Part shown: positions 19,314 to 23,205 of the stretch, piece by piece | Layout of the letters: every line of letters starts with the position of its first letter | Position numbering within the stretch: position 1 is the stretch's first letter | Source: Polyangiales bacterium | Lineage (GTDB): Bacteria; Myxococcota_A; Polyangia; Polyangiales; Houyiibacteriaceae | Direction: 5' to 3' | Assembly: GCA_045106895.1 (NCBI GenBank) | Contig: JBGCFM010000103.1 | Span: forward strand, 1-23,205 | Length of the DNA stretch: 23,205 nt | Translations under genes and position numbers: made by a program | Notes under the pieces: generated by a model | What the model was told of the DNA's origin: nothing | Databases searched by the model: none | What the model saw: the letters and a program-made list of their open reading frames with translations, nothing else

Positions 19314-19442
19314 TCACGCAAAGGACACAGCAAACCCCCACGTTTCGCCCGTGTCGAGCTTCACCTCGGCGATGAAACGAACGTAGCGAGCCATGAGCCG
19401 CCCCGAGACGAAAGACACGGGGTGCGGGAGGTGGAAAAGCAC
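19314..19442 (-). pseudogene. sfsA: Truncated sfsA 5' fragment (direct repeat copy 2), 42 codons
   Basis: GTG..VLFHLPHPVSFVSGRLMARYVRFIAEVKLDTGET then WGFAVSFA*; the first 34 codons match sfsA except one S/T change. Confidence 0.9.
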
Positions 19443-19648
19443 ACGGCGAAGTACCGTCGCGGGTCACGCCTCGCAAGTGGAACCGCACTCTCGCCGCGCC
19501 CGATTGATGCAGCGCGTTGCGGAGTCAAAGCGTGCAAGCGCGACAGCGCGTCGCGCAGGATCGCGCCCGGACGTCGCGAAGCATGCCCCCTTGTTGGAGG
19601 AGCCGGTGGGGAGCTTCCTCAAGCGACGTCATCGACTTGAAGCGCGCT

Positions 19649-19843
19649 TCAGTCGAGTGGGTGACCCCAACCACGGAGCAACATATCGATGCGTGTGTTC
19701 GCGACATCGTAGCCGCGGAACTCTTCGTCGTCGTCGTCGTGGATCACGCTTTTCGCGGGAAAGGGCAAGGCGGCGGCGTGTAGGCCGGCCATGTTGGTGA
19801 GAAGATCGTCTTCAGAATCGGCGCATTTGTGAGCATAGAGCAT
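19649..19843 (-). CDS. Small acidic hypothetical protein (64 aa)
   Basis: AGGGG Shine-Dalgarno-like motif upstream, mostly G/C third positions, sigma54-like promoter upstream. Confidence 0.6.
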   Translation of the reverse strand: MLYAHKCADSEDDLLTNMAGLHAAALPFPAKSVIHDDDDEEFRGYDVANTRIDMLLRGWGHPLD

Positions 19844-19921
19844 TGTCGTTTGTTCCCCTGTTTCGACATGTGAGCCACGCCGAGGCGTGCACGAACATGC
19901 GATGTGTCTGAGTGGTGACTA

Positions 19922-19937
19922 AGCACTAAGCGGGCCA
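19922..19937 (-). promoter_or_regulatory. Candidate sigma54 (-24/-12) promoter
   Basis: Minus strand TGGCCCG-CTTA-GTGCT = GG-N10-GC. Confidence 0.55.
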
Positions 19938-20009
19938 TGCAACGCTAACGCGGCGCGTCAGCAGCATCTGAGCAACAGTCGAAGGCGACGTCCTGCTAGA
20001 GTCCGCGCC

Positions 20010-21182
20010 ATGGACACCCGCGTAATGGCTGGCCTTGTTGTGGCCGCACTAGGGCTGGGCGGAGCCTTTGCGTACTCGATGAACCTTGGCCCCGGTGGCG
20101 CCCCAGAGGAGACCCCAGAGGTCGTCGTCGAGGAGCCGCGCCCAGAACCTGAGCCTGAGCCCGAAGGCTTCGCTGACATCGACAAGGTCGACGTCCACGT
20201 TCACATCCCTCCGTCCATGATGCGCGCAGCGATGCGTCTTCTTGGAGAGCACGGCACTCGTATCGCCATCAACGCGTCAGGCGGCTCTCCTTCACGCGGC
20301 CTCGAGCGCTCCGTCGCCGCCGGGCGCGCCGCCGGCGGCATGTACTCCTACTGTTTCCTGGATTGGCACAACGCGGGCGAGCCTGACTGGAATCCCCGCG
20401 AGACCCTCGACGCCTGCAAAGAGATGGGCGCCATCGGCCTGAAGATCTCAAAGGGACTCGGCCTCGGCTACCTTTACAACGACGACCTCCTCGCCGTCGA
20501 CGACCCCATCCTCGACGAAGCCTTCGAGCATGCTGGCACCCTTGGCATGCCTGTGCTCATCCACGTCGGCGATCCCAAGGCGTTCTTCGAAGCGCCAACG
20601 GAAGACAACGAACGCTACGAGGAGCTCAGCGCGCACCCGAGCTGGAGCTTCCATGGGCCACGCCCGGACGGCGGCGAGTGGCCTTCTTGGCGCGAGCTTC
20701 TGCAGCAGTTCGAAAACCGAGTGGCGCGTCATCCTGGAACCAACTTCCTCGGCGCCCACTTTGGCAACGCGCCGGAAGACCCCGACTTCGTCGCGTCGAT
20801 GCTCCGCCAATACCCGAACTACTACGTGGAGACCGGCGCGCGCATTCCGGAGATCGGCCGACACGAGTCCGCGCGCATGCACGCGCTGTTCGTCGAGTAC
20901 CAAGACCGCATCCTCTTCGGCACCGACTTCCAGGCTGTCCCCGGCGGGCTGATTCTCGGCTCCACGGGGCGAACTCTCGACGGCCTCGACCGCGTACCCG
21001 TGTTCTACGAAGCGCACTGGCGTTATCTTGAGACCTTCGACGAGGACTTCGCGCATCCCTCGCCGATTCAAGGCGACTGGACCATCGACGGGATTGGTTT
21101 GCCAGAGGAGGTGCTGCTCAAGGTGTATCAGACGAACGCGCTGCGGCTTTTTGGACTTGAGATGCCTGCTGCTACTGAGTGA
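20010..21182 (+). CDS. Amidohydrolase family protein (Amidohydro_2-like) with N-terminal signal/anchor and Glu-Pro linker
   Basis: DVHVH, IGLK, PVLIHVGD, GAHFG, RILFGTD, NALRLF. Confidence 0.92.
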   Translation: MDTRVMAGLVVAALGLGGAFAYSMNLGPGGAPEETPEVVVEEPRPEPEPEPEGFADIDKVDVHVHIPPSMMRAAMRLLGEHGTRIAINASGGSPSRGLERSVAAGRAAGGMYSYCFLDWHNAGEPDWNPRETLDACKEMGAIGLKISKGLGLGYLYNDDLLAVDDPILDEAFEHAGTLGMPVLIHVGDPKAFFEAPTEDNERYEELSAHPSWSFHGPRPDGGEWPSWRELLQQFENRVARHPGTNFLGAHFGNAPEDPDFVASMLRQYPNYYVETGARIPEIGRHESARMHALFVEYQDRILFGTDFQAVPGGLILGSTGRTLDGLDRVPVFYEAHWRYLETFDEDFAHPSPIQGDWTIDGIGLPEEVLLKVYQTNALRLFGLEMPAATE

Positions 21183-21255
21183 TCGCTCGTGCGCCGACGT
21201 CGCGCTTCGGCCGCTCGCGATTGAAGAATAGGCCACGCACTTGTAGCCTCGCGGC

Positions 21256-22929
21256 ATGGGGCAGATGGATTTCTGGCAGCGAGTCGACCACGTGCGCACT
21301 TCGTCCCTTGGGGACGAAAAACGCTTCCAGGACGGACTATTCTTGCATCTTGCGAACCTCTCGAGGGATGAGTTCGGAGACTTCAAACGCGCACACGTGG
21401 AAGCCGATCGCGCCCTCAGCGCTGTAAGCGTCGCAGACAAAGATCTGCACACCCTCGTCTACGAAGCATGGGGCGGATGCTCCGACGACAGCTACATGGA
21501 CTTTCGCTCGTCGGTCATCGCGAATGGACGTGAATACTACCAAGCGATGCTCGCCGATCCCGTCGCCACACTCAGACAGGTGCAACCGCCGACCTTCAAC
21601 CTGCGGTTCGAAGGCGCGATTTTCTCCCCGATGCTCCGCCTCGAACAGGACCTCGATCGGCCACGCTCGGATGACGAGCACTGGGAAACGCCACCGCTCG
21701 CGCGACAGCTCCTCACGGCCTGGGAAGCCCGCGATGAAGATACCTTGAGGGAGTCCTTCACGCTGAGTCTTCGCGACGGTCCCAAATGGGCGTGGGGGCT
21801 CGCGAGCCGCTGGCTGAGGCACGACATGAAACGCTCACTGGGGCCTGCGCCGAAAGACGCGCCGGAGGAGGTCGAAGGTGCGCTCTCGTTGATCCAGACC
21901 GTGCCTACAGACGGTCGAGCACGCCGCGCAAGACGCAAGGCACTCAAGGCCTTGCGCGACGCGAAGCTCGTGGCGGATTACGCCGCGCAGAAACACCTCG
22001 AATCCCCGTGGGAGGACGGATGGCTTCAGCTCCTTGAGCACGCCGGAGGTGACCACGCTCGCCTGGTTTTTCGAACCCTCGCCGCGACGGGACGCGGCGA
22101 AGCGCGTTTGAGGGCGCTTCACGCTTTGGAAAAGCACGACGATGCGCTGGGCGTTAGTGCCGCGCTTCTCCGCTCGTCCGCCGATGAATTCGTCGCGGCC
22201 CGCGGTGAAGATCCAAGCGGATTCGTCCAGACGCTGTCGACTTCTACGCTTCAGCACGACGCGCTGGCCGTCGCGTGCAACGTGGTCCAGGGTATCGACC
22301 CGTACTTCCTGCTCCTCTTTGAAGCCGCAAACGAGGGCGAGCGCGAACGTGCGTGGCGTCTTGCGGCAACGTGGCTTGTTCGAATCGCCGGACACAACGA
22401 CGCCAAGGCCATCGACGCGCTGAAGATCGCCTACGCTACGCCGAAGCGTCGTTCGCATGCCGGACTCTGCTTAGCGCTTCTCGGTGACGACACTGGGTTG
22501 AGCGACGTCGCGGAACTGGTTCAGTCGCCGGCGGATGACATTCGCGTCGATCTTGCAGTACTGAAGGCGGTCGTTCTTCACGGTCCCAGCCTTGGGCTAG
22601 AACCTTCGGCGTTTGACCGATGGAAACTGCAGGATGTCGAGATCGCGGCGGGGAAGTGCGCGTTGTCCGGCGGAAATCCAGCCTTGTTGGCTGACCTGAA
22701 GTCCTCGTTGCCAGCAGCCCGTCAGGTTTTCGCCGACCGGATCGCGCAATACGAAGAAGGCCTCATTAGCGACCTCGAATGTCGCCACTACATCGCCGGG
22801 GTCTGGGCAGCACACCGCGTTCTTCGTAGGTACACCCCCGAGGATGCGGCGGAGTTCGAAAACGCCCTGCGCGCCATGGCCAAGTCAGAATGGGCGACGG
22901 CGCAGCTTGAAGCGCTCGTTGAAGCGTAA
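21256..22929 (+). CDS. DUF4240-domain protein with C-terminal helical (HEAT-like) region
   Basis: N-terminal FWQRVD and GGCSDDSYMDFRSSVIANGREYYQAMLADP, recognised as the DUF4240 pattern; Ala/Leu-rich helical remainder. Confidence 0.8.
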   Translation: MGQMDFWQRVDHVRTSSLGDEKRFQDGLFLHLANLSRDEFGDFKRAHVEADRALSAVSVADKDLHTLVYEAWGGCSDDSYMDFRSSVIANGREYYQAMLADPVATLRQVQPPTFNLRFEGAIFSPMLRLEQDLDRPRSDDEHWETPPLARQLLTAWEARDEDTLRESFTLSLRDGPKWAWGLASRWLRHDMKRSLGPAPKDAPEEVEGALSLIQTVPTDGRARRARRKALKALRDAKLVADYAAQKHLESPWEDGWLQLLEHAGGDHARLVFRTLAATGRGEARLRALHALEKHDDALGVSAALLRSSADEFVAARGEDPSGFVQTLSTSTLQHDALAVACNVVQGIDPYFLLLFEAANEGERERAWRLAATWLVRIAGHNDAKAIDALKIAYATPKRRSHAGLCLALLGDDTGLSDVAELVQSPADDIRVDLAVLKAVVLHGPSLGLEPSAFDRWKLQDVEIAAGKCALSGGNPALLADLKSSLPAARQVFADRIAQYEEGLISDLECRHYIAGVWAAHRVLRRYTPEDAAEFENALRAMAKSEWATAQLEALVEA

Positions 22930-22969
22930 CCTGGGACTGAAGCGCAGCTCCGTCGGTACTTATTAGCCG

Positions 22970-23205
22970 TCAGTTCGAAGAAGGAACGTGCAGTTTTGGA
23001 GCCCCACTTTTGGCTGCTTGCTTTCCGCTGACTTCGGTCGTCTCGTCGCTTTCCGCGCGTAGTGCGTCACAGACATGTTTGTCGAAGGTCACGAACGTGC
23101 CGCCGTCGTACTCGCCATAGAACGCCCAGGTGCTGTTGTCTTGATGGGACACGACGAGGGCGCCGTAGGTGCCAAGTCGACACACCGACATGATGGCGGT
23201 GGGTG
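22970..23205 (-). CDS. 3' end of a hypothetical protein, start beyond the right edge
   Basis: The frame stays open from the stop at 22970 to the window end; convergent with the DUF4240 gene. Confidence 0.55.
   Translation of the reverse strand, partial: PTAIMSVCRLGTYGALVVSHQDNSTWAFYGEYDGGTFVTFDKHVCDALRAESDETTEVSGKQAAKSGAPKLHVPSSN

Noticed and set aside
19538..19556. GCGCGAC/GTCGCGC hairpin downstream of the 64-aa ORF
   Set aside because: No U-tract, and such GC stems are common at this composition.
19918..19931. ACTAAGC tandem heptamer
   Set aside because: Overlaps the sigma54-like promoter and has no independent support as a separate site.

Overview
GC-rich bacterial chromosomal window; the gene content suggests a myxobacterium (inference). 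Left to right: a signalling block (partial GAF-GAF-PAS hybrid histidine kinase, absent from the ORF track, divergent from a CheB/CheR fusion and an Rcp1-like response regulator), a small ORF, an M14 carboxypeptidase, a Cys-rich EP-linker lipoprotein, an epoxide-hydrolase-like enzyme, two coupled TPR/DUF3857/transglutaminase-like genes (one with the catalytic triad, one apparently dead), sfsA, a beta-helix/Asp-box gene, another small ORF, an amidohydrolase, a DUF4240 protein and a partial gene. The most striking feature is a 1771-bp single-gene unit bounded by 102-bp direct repeats of the sfsA 5' end (74 bp identical, then 28 bp with 5 mismatches). This is the geometry of a circle that integrated into sfsA and regenerated it, but no integrase is visible. 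Also seen: two sigma54-type promoters before unannotated small ORFs, a recurring leaderless-type -10 motif and a CRP/FNR-type palindrome. No tRNA, rRNA, CRISPR or transposase was recognised.
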